Shown: piece by piece, positions 18,534-28,100 of the stretch
Layout of the letters: each line of letters opens with the position of its first letter
How positions within the stretch are numbered: position 1 is the stretch's first letter
From: a virus
Taxonomy: Duplodnaviria; Caudoviricetes
Strand: one strand, 5' to 3'
Length of the DNA: 64,000 bases
Virus record (IMG/VR): IMGVR_UViG_3300035208_005087
Coordinates: 1-64,000 of that record
The notes under the pieces: model-generated
The model's database searches: none
Told to the model about the DNA's origin: nothing
The model's input: only the letters and a program-made list of their open reading frames with translations
Program-made: the position numbers and the translations under genes

Positions 18534-21500
18534 AATCCGCTCCTGTTAAAGGTCTGCCTTTTAGCTCAAACAGGTCAACAACATCTTGACCTTCATAAGG
18601 GCTGGTACTGGCGGCGCTTTCTCCAGAGGTATAGGAAGAGCTCAATACCCCTAAGTACAGTCTTCCTGTCCCCTTTTCTTTAAAAACAAAAGATTGCAGT
18701 ATCTTATATGCTGGCAGACCGGTCTCTCCCAGTAAGTCGAAGTACTTCAGGAACCACTCTGTTTTTGTTGTGTCCAAAGGAGACACTCCTGCCTCCTTCA
18801 ATACCTGTACATTATACTGTCCCTTGTAACCAGTAGGGACAGTACCTATTTTGACGCCCCGGATATTACTGGATAAGTTACTTGCCTTTGTCTTTAAGAA
18901 ATTCTCTGCGCCCTTCAGGTTACCCTCCCCGTCATATAGGTGGTCATTCATCGTGCTAGAGGGCATTCGTCCTATGGGGTTATAGAAACCTTCTAAGGAG
19001 CTTCCCGGTCTTATAAAAGACCCGCTAACAGATGCTCCTACCTCGGTAGCGTCCAAAGTGTACATAAATGTCACCTGAAGACCTTCATTGTTTAAGGGTG
19101 TCACAGACACTACAGGATTCCCTCCTAATAATAGTGTCTTCCATTTAGGGGAAGAGGCCACCCGGAGATAATCCCCTGGTAATATCTGTCCTTCGGGTAT
19201 CGTTTTTCCTATTATAAAATTGTAAGTCTTGTCAGAAACCTCTTCTATCGTTGCATTTAAAAAGGGGTACCCTTCTTGAAGCGGTTGGTAGCTTCCCCTT
19301 GTGGTAATGATAGCCGGCCCTTGCACTACTATGTCCCCTTCCTTTTCACCACCCCCGAGGATCCCCTGGTAGCCCCTAGTGTTGTATGTAAAAGTCACAG
19401 ACTCCAGCGCATCTGACCTATACCAAGAGTACATGTGTACACCCACTTTGATAGGGCGGCCCGACACAGAAGATGGTATATCTGTGAGGCGTACCTGTGA
19501 TGGCAAGGTATCTCTACCTGCCTCAGAATCCATGTAAGGAAACTTCTGCCCCACCGTAACAGTATCGCTTTCCCACGCATCTTCTCCAGGAGCTTTGCTC
19601 AATACATAATGCTCCTCTGTTGGGGAAGACACCGACCCTTTTAACATGGTACAAAGGTTAGCGATGGTGGGTACGTGTTTATTCAATATAAAAGAAGTTT
19701 GTATAGACCCAGTGTATTCTCCCCCACTTTCCGTTACGTCTATGAGGGCAGTCTCATAGGTACCCAGAACCCCTCTTGCCTCCCTGCTGCACACCGAGAA
19801 CTTGGTTCCAAGATGTAAAGTAATTTCTACTAAGTCTTCTGTGGCGGTGGGGGCTTCTGAAGCAGTGACAGTTAGTACATGGGTAACTTCATTTATAGTA
19901 AAGGAATCAGTGGTGTACTCCTCATAGAAATCCCCCCCAACTGTCCTAAACCTGATAGAGCGTAGCCCTATTACCTTTTGACCCGAACCAGGTAAGCAAT
20001 CCTCTTCATCTAGTTCAATGACATAGTTAATTTCTCCTGCTGTAGCCGTTCTATACAAAGTGGCTACCTGCCCGAACTGGACGGAGTTTGTAACATTCCC
20101 TGTTTTTAGTTCTATCCTGTCTTCAGCTGAATAGTACTCAGTGTCATCTGGGTGTCTTCCTTGCAGCAACACCTCTGACCCTATCACCGCATTTATGTGC
20201 CGTGCGTCGCCCTTGTAAAAATCTTGTTGTAGTATCTCATCAGGGATATCTAGAAAACCCGTAGAGCCGTCGCCGTCCCAAGATAGGTCGTATTTTAGAT
20301 ATAAAGTTTCCGAAGGCTGTGTTCCTATAAAAACCTCTAAATAACCATCTTCGTCTATAGAAAAGCTGTAATCACCGTACCCTCCAGAGTCCTCTGGTAG
20401 CTCTTCCCCTGTTGCTTTAAAGAGTAGTATATTTTCCCGCGCTTCTCCTATAAGGGAATAGTTGCTTCCTCCTAGAAAAGAAAGAGCTATTTTAGCCCGA
20501 AAACCAAATAACGCCCCAGCTGCCCAATCTCCCGGTTCTATCTTCCATAGGTTGTTATACTGGGTATTTCTTCCAGGAACATACGAACCCCTTGGGCCGG
20601 TAGATAGAGCAGACATTCTTTCAGGGGTGTCGACCCCACCAAGCCTGTCCGCTTTTACTATAACAGCTCCCCCAAAACCCGTTTCCCCTAAGGAACTGCC
20701 AAGTCTACCTCTTGTTGTAGAAAGATGCCCGGCTAGTATACCATCAAAGGTCTCCTCTGCTTTTCTCTCTAAGGAAGTACTACCTGTAAGAACCTGATGT
20801 CTCAAGTCAACAATATCTGTAGCGTATATTTTGTTGGCGAATTTTCTAGAAGGATGTGTACTAACTTTCCCTTCTTCTTTTCCGGGGGCCGAGTTCCATG
20901 TGTTGGGATCGTTAGGGACAAAATCCCCCTCCTCTCTTTTATATACAAGAAGCAGGGGTACAGCATAACAATACCCATCCACAGTACCTAAAAGAGATGC
21001 GTCCGACCCTCCGTTTCCTGCACGAAATAATCCCGGCTCACCCTCGACTGGTGTGAAACTCTTTTCCGTCTCATTACTCGAGGCCGCTCTGGCTTTTACG
21101 CTGTTTGCAAAGGCATCTAGATGGTCATGCACCGAGGTTGTTACGGGAGCTACCCTAATATGATACTGTACCTGAACTCTCCGTGCCGTTTCTACCCCTA
21201 GGGAGCCCAAAAGATCATTAGTTATATTTAAAAGGGTATCCTGATTCCCATATTTTTTTACAGTGTCCTCGTGATCTATAGCTTTTCGCCAAACTTCCAA
21301 GAATACGAGGTTCGTTCCTAGATACATTACCTCGTTCAGGTCAATTTTATTATGTACGTCTAAAGTACCTGTGCCGGAGAGATTTAGTAAGTTACCTGCA
21401 ACATTGACCCAGTAACCCTGAGGGCCCGACGCTAAATAAAAGGTGTTGTTGGAGAAGTCTTCAGAAGTAACCACTTCTCCAGATCTGGCTCCACCGCTTA

Positions 21501-21726
21501 ATTCCGACCAGGAGCCATCTTTTTGCAGGATATCTCCCACACTAAAAAATCCCGAGGCCCCTAAGTTGCTAGAGATAGCCCTTTTGTCTTGCGAAGATGC
21601 TAGTCTGCCCAAGAAGGACAACTCCTCCCCTGGTAGGGGTCTGCCAGGTATAAATAAGGGGGTCTCCCACCCACAATCCTGTATAGCCCTGTTGGCCCCC
21701 ATATCTTCTCCGTAATTGTCTGCCAT
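18526..21726 (-). CDS. Large virion (baseplate/tail fibre-associated) protein, paralog of 28747..32871
   Basis: Shares FLEVWR, VETxxRxQxQYxIRV, TVDGYxYAxP, DxxDxR and C-terminal LxxxxGxPL motifs with the 1374-aa protein. Confidence 0.7.
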   Translation of the reverse strand: MADNYGEDMGANRAIQDCGWETPLFIPGRPLPGEELSFLGRLASSQDKRAISSNLGASGFFSVGDILQKDGSWSELSGGARSGEVVTSEDFSNNTFYLASGPQGYWVNVAGNLLNLSGTGTLDVHNKIDLNEVMYLGTNLVFLEVWRKAIDHEDTVKKYGNQDTLLNITNDLLGSLGVETARRVQVQYHIRVAPVTTSVHDHLDAFANSVKARAASSNETEKSFTPVEGEPGLFRAGNGGSDASLLGTVDGYCYAVPLLLVYKREEGDFVPNDPNTWNSAPGKEEGKVSTHPSRKFANKIYATDIVDLRHQVLTGSTSLERKAEETFDGILAGHLSTTRGRLGSSLGETGFGGAVIVKADRLGGVDTPERMSALSTGPRGSYVPGRNTQYNNLWKIEPGDWAAGALFGFRAKIALSFLGGSNYSLIGEARENILLFKATGEELPEDSGGYGDYSFSIDEDGYLEVFIGTQPSETLYLKYDLSWDGDGSTGFLDIPDEILQQDFYKGDARHINAVIGSEVLLQGRHPDDTEYYSAEDRIELKTGNVTNSVQFGQVATLYRTATAGEINYVIELDEEDCLPGSGQKVIGLRSIRFRTVGGDFYEEYTTDSFTINEVTHVLTVTASEAPTATEDLVEITLHLGTKFSVCSREARGVLGTYETALIDVTESGGEYTGSIQTSFILNKHVPTIANLCTMLKGSVSSPTEEHYVLSKAPGEDAWESDTVTVGQKFPYMDSEAGRDTLPSQVRLTDIPSSVSGRPIKVGVHMYSWYRSDALESVTFTYNTRGYQGILGGGEKEGDIVVQGPAIITTRGSYQPLQEGYPFLNATIEEVSDKTYNFIIGKTIPEGQILPGDYLRVASSPKWKTLLLGGNPVVSVTPLNNEGLQVTFMYTLDATEVGASVSGSFIRPGSSLEGFYNPIGRMPSSTMNDHLYDGEGNLKGAENFLKTKASNLSSNIRGVKIGTVPTGYKGQYNVQVLKEAGVSPLDTTKTEWFLKYFDLLGETGLPAYKILQSFVFKEKGTGRLYLGVLSSSYTSGESAASTSPYEGQDVVDLFELKGRPLTGADYV

Positions 21727-21734
21727 GGAAACTC

Positions 21735-22748
21735 CTAAACTGCTGAAAAGTTAAGAAAGCGTGAACGCACATTTTCTATAGGTGTCATCACGCTGACGTC
21801 CGCAACGGGTACGTCTGCTAAAAAATCTAGCAAAACGGTAAAAGATTCTTTAAAGTTATGTATAATGTTCCCCGGGATAGACCATGTAAGGGGATTCCCA
21901 GTGGCCTCTTTAAAGTTTTCTTCTAACACATATAGGGGGTATACTGTTTTTAACACCCTTGTGACTATACCTCGGATATCCTCAAAGGACTTTAGTATGT
22001 CTGGTATTAACACGATACTTATAAATTTCTTGTCGTCTTTAGAAAGGGGGCGACTGGGGTCCATTCTATAAACAAGCCTACCTACTGCTTTATTCGCCAA
22101 GCTAACTTTTTGTCCTAGGGAGAAAAAGAGCTCCTCCAGTATACTGGAACCATTAGCCCTTAGAGGCTGCAATACCTTTTGTATCTCGGACACGCCCCAC
22201 ATACTATCCACAAATTTAACCCGTAGTAGTGCTTCACTTTCCTCTAACATCCTTTCCGTAGATAAAAGCACTTTTTGTATTTGGTTGCCGTAGTTTATTA
22301 GGGCTTTGCTTATATCTGTAAATTCTTTTGGGACACGAAGTTCTTTTTTTGGGAAAAGATCTGTCTCCTCTGTGTCCTGCCCCTCTTTAAACGCTAGGCA
22401 GTTCTCCCCTAAGGTTAGGGAGAGTTCTCGTACTAATTTATCCTTAAACACTTCCGAAGGGTATTTCCCTTCTGAATCCCAGTCTTTTTTATTAAAGGTT
22501 ATCTTTAACCCTTCATACCAGTGCTCCCGAAAATCCTTTGTTATGATACTTGCTAGCACCGGTATAATTTCATCCACGGGGTTTTCGTATAGATTGGCAT
22601 CTACTACTCTATACCCGTTGATAAGACCTAAGGCAAGGTTCCCGTCCGCAGCTATTGTGTAGGTGTTTCCAGCTAATTCTAGGCTACCTATAAGTTCTGC
22701 TTTTTTACCTGAAGATTTTTTAGTCAAACTGTCCAAGGTGTACCTCAA
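21735..22748 (-). CDS. Hypothetical protein
   Basis: 337-aa ORF co-transcribed with structural genes. Confidence 0.7.
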   Translation of the reverse strand: MRYTLDSLTKKSSGKKAELIGSLELAGNTYTIAADGNLALGLINGYRVVDANLYENPVDEIIPVLASIITKDFREHWYEGLKITFNKKDWDSEGKYPSEVFKDKLVRELSLTLGENCLAFKEGQDTEETDLFPKKELRVPKEFTDISKALINYGNQIQKVLLSTERMLEESEALLRVKFVDSMWGVSEIQKVLQPLRANGSSILEELFFSLGQKVSLANKAVGRLVYRMDPSRPLSKDDKKFISIVLIPDILKSFEDIRGIVTRVLKTVYPLYVLEENFKEATGNPLTWSIPGNIIHNFKESFTVLLDFLADVPVADVSVMTPIENVRSRFLNFSAV

Positions 22749-22753
22749 AAGAC

Positions 22754-23335
22754 TTAGGTTGTTATACGTACCACGATAACGAAAGACATCGCGCTGGTTT
22801 TGTTTATTACAGGGAATGTTCTGTAGTTAACCATCAGCCCTGACCCCGACTCTTCTGTAGCCTCTCCGCCAAAGAGGCCTAGTTCTACGATGGCACCAAC
22901 GGCTTCGGCCTCAGTGAACTCAAAGCTATAGTCCACTACGTTTGTCGGGATTTCCGACACTTCACCCGATGTAGGGTCTATAAACGCCGTGGAGGTTACC
23001 CGCTTTCTTATGAGCTCGGAGGCTAGAGTTGTTTGGTTAGTTGTAGGTGCAGGTGGGTTTTGTAGGTCCCACCCGGGTTCACCGACCCCCACAGCTAAGT
23101 GGGTTATCCCCCCCGAAACTTGATTGGGGTCCTTTAATAAACTAGCAACTAATACCGAGGCAGTGTTTACGATAACATTAGGACTCTCGTAAGAGAAGAT
23201 TTCTACACCTTGCTCGAAAGCTTTTATAAAAATATCCCCTTTCATCTTATTCGTTTTCTCTAAAAAGCGATATAAGAAGTTAAAGGCCATCCCAGCTCTT
23301 TTAACTTTATTTAATGCCTCTCTAAACGTTGCCAT
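22754..23335 (-). CDS. Tail-collar/fibre-attachment-like baseplate protein
   Basis: NVIVN, ITHLAVGVG, TTLASELIRK, EAVGAIVELGLF, FPVINKT pattern of tail-collar fibre-type domains. Confidence 0.7.
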   Translation of the reverse strand: MATFREALNKVKRAGMAFNFLYRFLEKTNKMKGDIFIKAFEQGVEIFSYESPNVIVNTASVLVASLLKDPNQVSGGITHLAVGVGEPGWDLQNPPAPTTNQTTLASELIRKRVTSTAFIDPTSGEVSEIPTNVVDYSFEFTEAEAVGAIVELGLFGGEATEESGSGLMVNYRTFPVINKTSAMSFVIVVRITT

Positions 23336-23406
23336 ACGGTTTTCCTTATTTATTATGTTTTCTATAAAAAGAATACGAGGCTTTAGTACCTCGATATATG
23401 TATGTC

Positions 23407-23428
23407 TTTTGGATTAGAAGATTATCCT
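23407..23428 (-). promoter_or_regulatory. Candidate phage late promoter motif (AGGATAATCTTCTAATCCAAAA)
   Basis: 21/22 identical to 36974-36995; intergenic, upstream of a structural gene. Confidence 0.6.
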
Positions 23429-23506
23429 GTGGGCACTGTGCCTTCCCCTTAGAAGGCGTGCGCAGCAGGGTCCTCTAAATAGGCCAACGCATTGATGAAG
23501 TGAACC

Positions 23507-23625
23507 GTTCAAATGAAACTACAAATAATTACAAATTGAGTAAATGATACTCAGGGTGTTTATTTGCGAACATTTGTTTGAACTCGGCACCGTAAGGTCC
23601 GAGGGCAAACCGAGCCAGTGAGTTC
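23507..23625 (-). ncRNA. Predicted TnpB omegaRNA scaffold overlapping the tnpB 3' end
   Basis: Only ~22 nt between the tnpB stop and the element end; hairpins CTCGG-ACC-TTAC-GGT-G-CCGAG and TGAGTA-N5-TACTCA; internal GTTCAAA can pair with terminal TTTGAAC. 5' boundary is a guess. Confidence 0.55.
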
Positions 23626-24674
23626 ATTGCACCGACTTTGTCGGCATTGTGGTAGCAGCCACAGCTAACACAAATGAACTCTTCCTGTGATACTCGGTTG
23701 GCCTTCTCACTGTGACCACAATCAGGACATGTAATAGAATTGAAAAATGCAGAGACTCTGCGAAGAGACACACCGTGCTCTTCGCAAAGTCTTTCGATTC
23801 TGTCATTGATTCTACCTATGCCCCAACCAGTGAGAACTGATCGCATGTTTTTACTCAAGCGACCGTTGAGTTTGGATTTGCTCTTGATTCTTCTATTGTC
23901 CTCAAGAACTAAAAGTTTTAACACATGAAATGGAACCTGTTTACAGGTTCTATCAATATACTCAATGATCTCTTCTCGACATCTATGCCATGCTTTACTC
24001 AAACGCTTTTTGCGTTTGAGTTTTGCAAGCAACGTCCACATATTAGATCCATAATGATTTCCATCGTCATCAGTGAGAAGGTGCTTCGCACCCGGATCAA
24101 TACCTATCATCGACCCAACTTCTTTCTTTGAAGTTTCCATCTCGAATGTAAATTGAACATATTTCTCCGTCAGGAGGACACTTTTCGCCAATTTTCCCTT
24201 CTGAAACCATTTCAAAAAATGTTTGTGCTTCTTCAAAGGTATAGCGGTTTGTACCGCCCTTTCTCTTGAATCATAACATCGCAGATCAATCAATAAATCA
24301 AATTCATTCAACTCTGGATTGAGGTTGATCTCTACATTCGTCTCCGAAAGCATGATGCGGGACGCATCATGTGTAGGTCGTGAATATGGTTTCTTGAGTG
24401 CATCTGCACTGCGTTTGGTGCCCAACACCAACGCATATGCTTCGGCAAAAGCATTCTTCTTAGCTCTTGCAGTTAACCAACTATCACATTGATTTAGGTT
24501 ATCAGCAAGAAGAAGCTGGGGCTTCTTCTTGCCTTTAATGATATCATTTTCATGGTGGGCAATAGCCCACTCAACAACACGGTGCATCTCCATAAGAAAT
24601 TCACGAACAGAAGCGAGCTTCTGTTCTGTGAGCCACTTACCAAAATGACATTGTGCTGATCTACTAAACTTCAT
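23529..24674 (-). CDS. tnpB: TnpB RNA-guided endonuclease
   Basis: RuvC-I GIDPG, RuvC-II LVLED, zinc ribbon CPDCG...CVSCG, RuvC-III HNADKVGAMN; all three acidic residues present. Confidence 0.92.
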   Translation of the reverse strand: MKFSRSAQCHFGKWLTEQKLASVREFLMEMHRVVEWAIAHHENDIIKGKKKPQLLLADNLNQCDSWLTARAKKNAFAEAYALVLGTKRSADALKKPYSRPTHDASRIMLSETNVEINLNPELNEFDLLIDLRCYDSRERAVQTAIPLKKHKHFLKWFQKGKLAKSVLLTEKYVQFTFEMETSKKEVGSMIGIDPGAKHLLTDDDGNHYGSNMWTLLAKLKRKKRLSKAWHRCREEIIEYIDRTCKQVPFHVLKLLVLEDNRRIKSKSKLNGRLSKNMRSVLTGWGIGRINDRIERLCEEHGVSLRRVSAFFNSITCPDCGHSEKANRVSQEEFICVSCGCYHNADKVGAMNSLARFALGPYGAEFKQMFANKHPEYHLLNL

Positions 24675-24837
24675 TTACGTCCACGTTAAAAGTTGCGTTC
24701 AATGCAACCACTCTAATATAATCACTAAGATTACTAAATCCATATTTAGAGGCATTCGCCTCGATTTTAGTTTTGTCTTCTCCACTCATCCTAAACAGAA
24801 TTGATGAAACTTTATCTTTAGTATATCCTTTTTTCAT
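24664..24837 (-). CDS. Ribbon-helix-helix (CopG/MobC-like) DNA-binding protein, 57 aa
   Basis: Not in the track. MKKGYTKDKVSSILFRMSGEDKTKIEANASKYGFSNLSDYIRVVALNATFNVDVNEV: beta-strand ILFRM plus helix-G-S-helix (NLSDYIR); overlaps the tnpB start. Confidence 0.75.
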   Translation of the reverse strand: MKKGYTKDKVSSILFRMSGEDKTKIEANASKYGFSNLSDYIRVVALNATFNVDVNEV

Positions 24838-24843
24838 ATAAAT

Positions 24844-24872
24844 AATATATACTAATTCAATAACAAAAACAA
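24844..24872 (-). promoter_or_regulatory. Sigma70-type promoter for the RHH-tnpB operon (probably leaderless)
   Basis: TTGTTT-N17-TATATT with the ATG 6 nt downstream and no SD. Confidence 0.55.
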
Positions 24873-24873
24873 T

Positions 24874-24909
24874 AAAAAAATGAAAGCGAGCAATAAATTG
24901 TTCGCTTTC
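24874..24909 (-). terminator. Rho-independent terminator inside the element's left end
   Basis: GAAAGCGAACAAT-TT-ATTGCTCGCTTTC stem (one mismatch) followed by A and T7. Confidence 0.75.
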
Positions 24910-25196
24910 CTATATGTTACTATATTTCATAGGTAATTATTTGTAGTTAGTTGCAGTTATTTGTAATCTCATGCTAACTGCTTTGAACCCTAGTCCCTGA
25001 CTGTACCAGAGACATAGAGGGATTATCTAGCCTGTCGGTGAAGTTATGTACGTAGAACCGGTACTGGTCGTTGTTGTACCGATATATATCTGTTGAAAAC
25101 GCTCCCCTGCCATCCGGAATAGTGTAGCCTCCCCAGCTTCTTCAGGATTGTCATGGTACACAAGAAAATGAGGACCCCCTCCTAAAACAGGCCCTG

Positions 25197-28100
25197 TCAG
25201 GTTTCTCCAGGAACGAGGGGAGGTTCTGGTGGGATCCTAACCAACTCATCAAAAGCCAGCATATCCACAGAGTTGTCGTCCAAAACTTGACGCACTACCA
25301 CCCGTACTAGAGTCATTGTCGTGTCGGAAAGCCCCTGGGTATCCTCATCATTTTTTAGAGCAACTACCGCATGCGGGTAATCCGCAGCACTAACCTCCCC
25401 GACCTCTTCTCTTGTCATTAGTACTAACCCCCGAAAGGTATACTCTACGAAGTCCGCATCCCCTATACTCCAATATAGGTACACCGACCCCTCGGATGTG
25501 TCATCCATGGGGTCCTGGAACTCTTCCTCAATTATACCGGGGTTGATAACTATCAAACTTTGGTCCCAGTTTCTAAACTTTACCATTTTATCGGCGGTGT
25601 CCTCATCCAATAAAAACTGAGCTTCCCCGCCTTCATCGGATATATCGGAAGTAAGAAGCGGAGAGGCCGGTATAGGGAGATTAGGGTTGTTTTTATTACG
25701 TGGGTAGGGGTCTGGATCTGGGTCTGGAAAAGCCGTGACCAGATAGTCCTGCTGCAGAGGAAATCCTGTAGGGAATAGCCCTCCTATAGGTACTACACAC
25801 CTCCTCACCACCGCGTTGAGTAGAACATCTATCTTCTCTACTTTTAAAGGTGTGATGATAAAATCATAGTCACCCTTTTCGGAGAGAAAAGGTCTACTAA
25901 TTACTAGGGACTCCCTGTCTCGTACATTACTAATAGTGTACTCTATCCCATCGATTTGTATTAAAGAACCCTTTTGAATATACCGCCAGTCCACCCCTAC
26001 GCCCGCCTTAAGTAGGGGGCTTCCTTGAATGGCTTTCAGGGACCCTTCTAAGGCATCTCCTGCTATTCTTTCTATGTAGTCCTTATAGTCATTTAGCCGA
26101 ACTTCCCTATTAGGGTAGTACTCTTCTTCTACTTTAAACCCTAATTCAAAACCCCTATCATCACAGAGGGAGGATAGCTGTACGTCGTACCCTTCTGAAG
26201 TTAGTGCTTCTTTTAAGCCCGTGAAAATTTTTGCTCGACCCTTTTCTATATACTTATTGGTAGAGACATATTCAATCAAACCACTAGGGCGGTTCTCTAC
26301 CGTGACCCCCGCAGGCACATTAAACCCAAATGCCTCATCTACACTTGCCCCGTTTTCTACCATATTCCTAAAAGCATAGCTGGCCGTACTGGTAAAGCTC
26401 CTGTAAAAAGGAGGAATCCCCTTCCTTAGTACTAAAAGGGCCTTTAAGTTGTTGAAAAGGTAATCATCATTCAGCTCTATATACTTGTTGGTGTCATATA
26501 GGTACTCTCCACTAAAGTGGACATTATACCTGTTCAGGTTATTCATGCTGCCCGCCCAGCTACCCTTCTTGCCCGGTATCTCAAAGGCATTCAGTACCCC
26601 CGTGTCTTTCGAAGACACTACAGAACTCTGAGTGGAGTCGAAGGCTCTAAACCGGTAACTTATTTCAAGAGGCTTCCTGTATTGGTCTAAGTTTGCATTA
26701 GGGTTAAATTCTTTGCCCTCGGGAACGTCCGGGTTAGTCTCTAGAGTAAAAGGTGACCTGCTCCCGTAAACAGTATTAGTGAAGTGCTGATCACTGTTTG
26801 TTATAAAAGGGTATGTCCTTTTTTTGTCTTGATAATAGTAGACAATTTCTAAAGGCATCCCTAGCGGTGGAGTAAAGGTCAGCTGTACGTGACCTAGAAG
26901 AGGCCTTATAAATTCTATAGCGCCTGTTAGTTCCACCCCGTTCAAGTACACTTTTATATCCTCTACACTCGCTAAGTTACCTTCTTTCCCTAAGAGAGGG
27001 TACTTTGCTATTTGATACGAGGCGGCATTCCCATACAAGGTTTTGTCCACTAACGGAAACGGCCATTGAAACCGGATAACATGCCCCTCTCCACTAATAG
27101 AGGACACCTTGGCCTTTAGATCCAAAAAGGGACCCTCTTCTGAAGGAGGGAGGTACTCTACATATTCTTGAGACACTTGTACGGGGTATGCTCCCTGAGT
27201 GTAGTACTGTATTTCTATTCGTGAACCGGCTGGAGGTATAAAGGATAGGAGAATAACCCCTTCCCAGGGTTCTACGCTTAGTACCGCTCCCTCAACAAGC
27301 TGACCGTCTAAGTACACGACTATGTCTTCCTTGACTGCAACTTCTCCTTCCTTGTTTACAATCGGCACCCCTTCTACAATAATAGGGTCTTCCGTGCTAC
27401 CTATAGTCACTCCTGCTGGGATAGTCACTACCCCGTCCCCCTCTTCGTACCCTTCCAGCCTTGGCACTACTATTTCTAATTTTCGTAGTTTAGGGGTGGG
27501 GTAATCGCAGTTATCCCTCATATCCTCATACATAGGGAGAAGTACATTCCTCTTGTCCTGCGCCATTATGTTTTGACCACAAGCCTTGATAGCTACCCTA
27601 TCCCCATGCTCGTCACGTTCTTTTACCACGTTAGCTTGAAAAACGGGGCTCTCTATTACAAGTGGGTTGAACTGGGCGTACCAGTTATCCTGTATCTCCT
27701 GAGGGGTAGCTCCTTCATGGAAAATAAAAGACCCTTGCGCCTCGCGGCCCAAGAAAAGCACCTGCTGTCCAGGGGCTAGCTCCTCTATTTCCGTTCTGTA
27801 AACCCCATCCACATCTGATGTGTATACGAGCGTCAACGGGTTTATGACAAGTTCTGTCCCGCCCTGTAATGTAATAACCCCTGCGTATGTGTCTACATCA
27901 AGGATTACCCCTTCTACCCACTCATCAGACACTAGCCCTTGAAGGGAGTCTATGTCCCCTATACCTATTTGGTATAAGGCAAAAACTCTGTTAGGGAGGT
28001 CTGTGTATACATAGCCTTCTCTGTTCCCATTGGCATCCTCCGTAAGTACGCCTCCTGGACAACCCCCTATAGCGTATGACTCTTCCCAAATGAGATGAGT

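Larger units (their letters stand above)
23507..24989 (-). mobile_element. Non-autonomous IS607/IS200-IS605-type element (RHH + TnpB, no transposase), 1,483 bp
   Basis: GGTTCA repeated at both junctions (23501-23506, 24984-24989); GTTCAAA/TTTGAAC terminal inverted repeat; 16-bp subterminal inverted repeat (23517-23532, 24933-24948); 10-bp periodic end repeats. Confidence 0.85.
23449..25204 (-). pseudogene. Disrupted 3' extension (~90 codons) of the 25197..28730 baseplate gene, split by the TnpB element
   Basis: Removing the element joins ...SLVQSGTRV to HFINALAYLEDPAAHAF* in frame; two 1-nt homopolymer shifts (25202-25204, 25131-25134) link it to the upstream ORF. Confidence 0.45.

Noticed and set aside
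24838-24989. IStron (group I intron fused to an IS) explanation for the in-frame insertion
   Set aside because: Only ~150 nt of AT-rich left end containing a terminator; too short, and no group I core recognisable.
23507-24989. Cas12f/CRISPR interpretation of the TnpB-like gene
   Set aside because: No repeat-spacer array; the 10-bp repeats are contiguous with no spacers.
25030-25130. AAC/TAC-rich stretch resembling a DGR template repeat
   Set aside because: No reverse transcriptase and no matching variable repeat found by eye in the window; better explained as decayed coding sequence.
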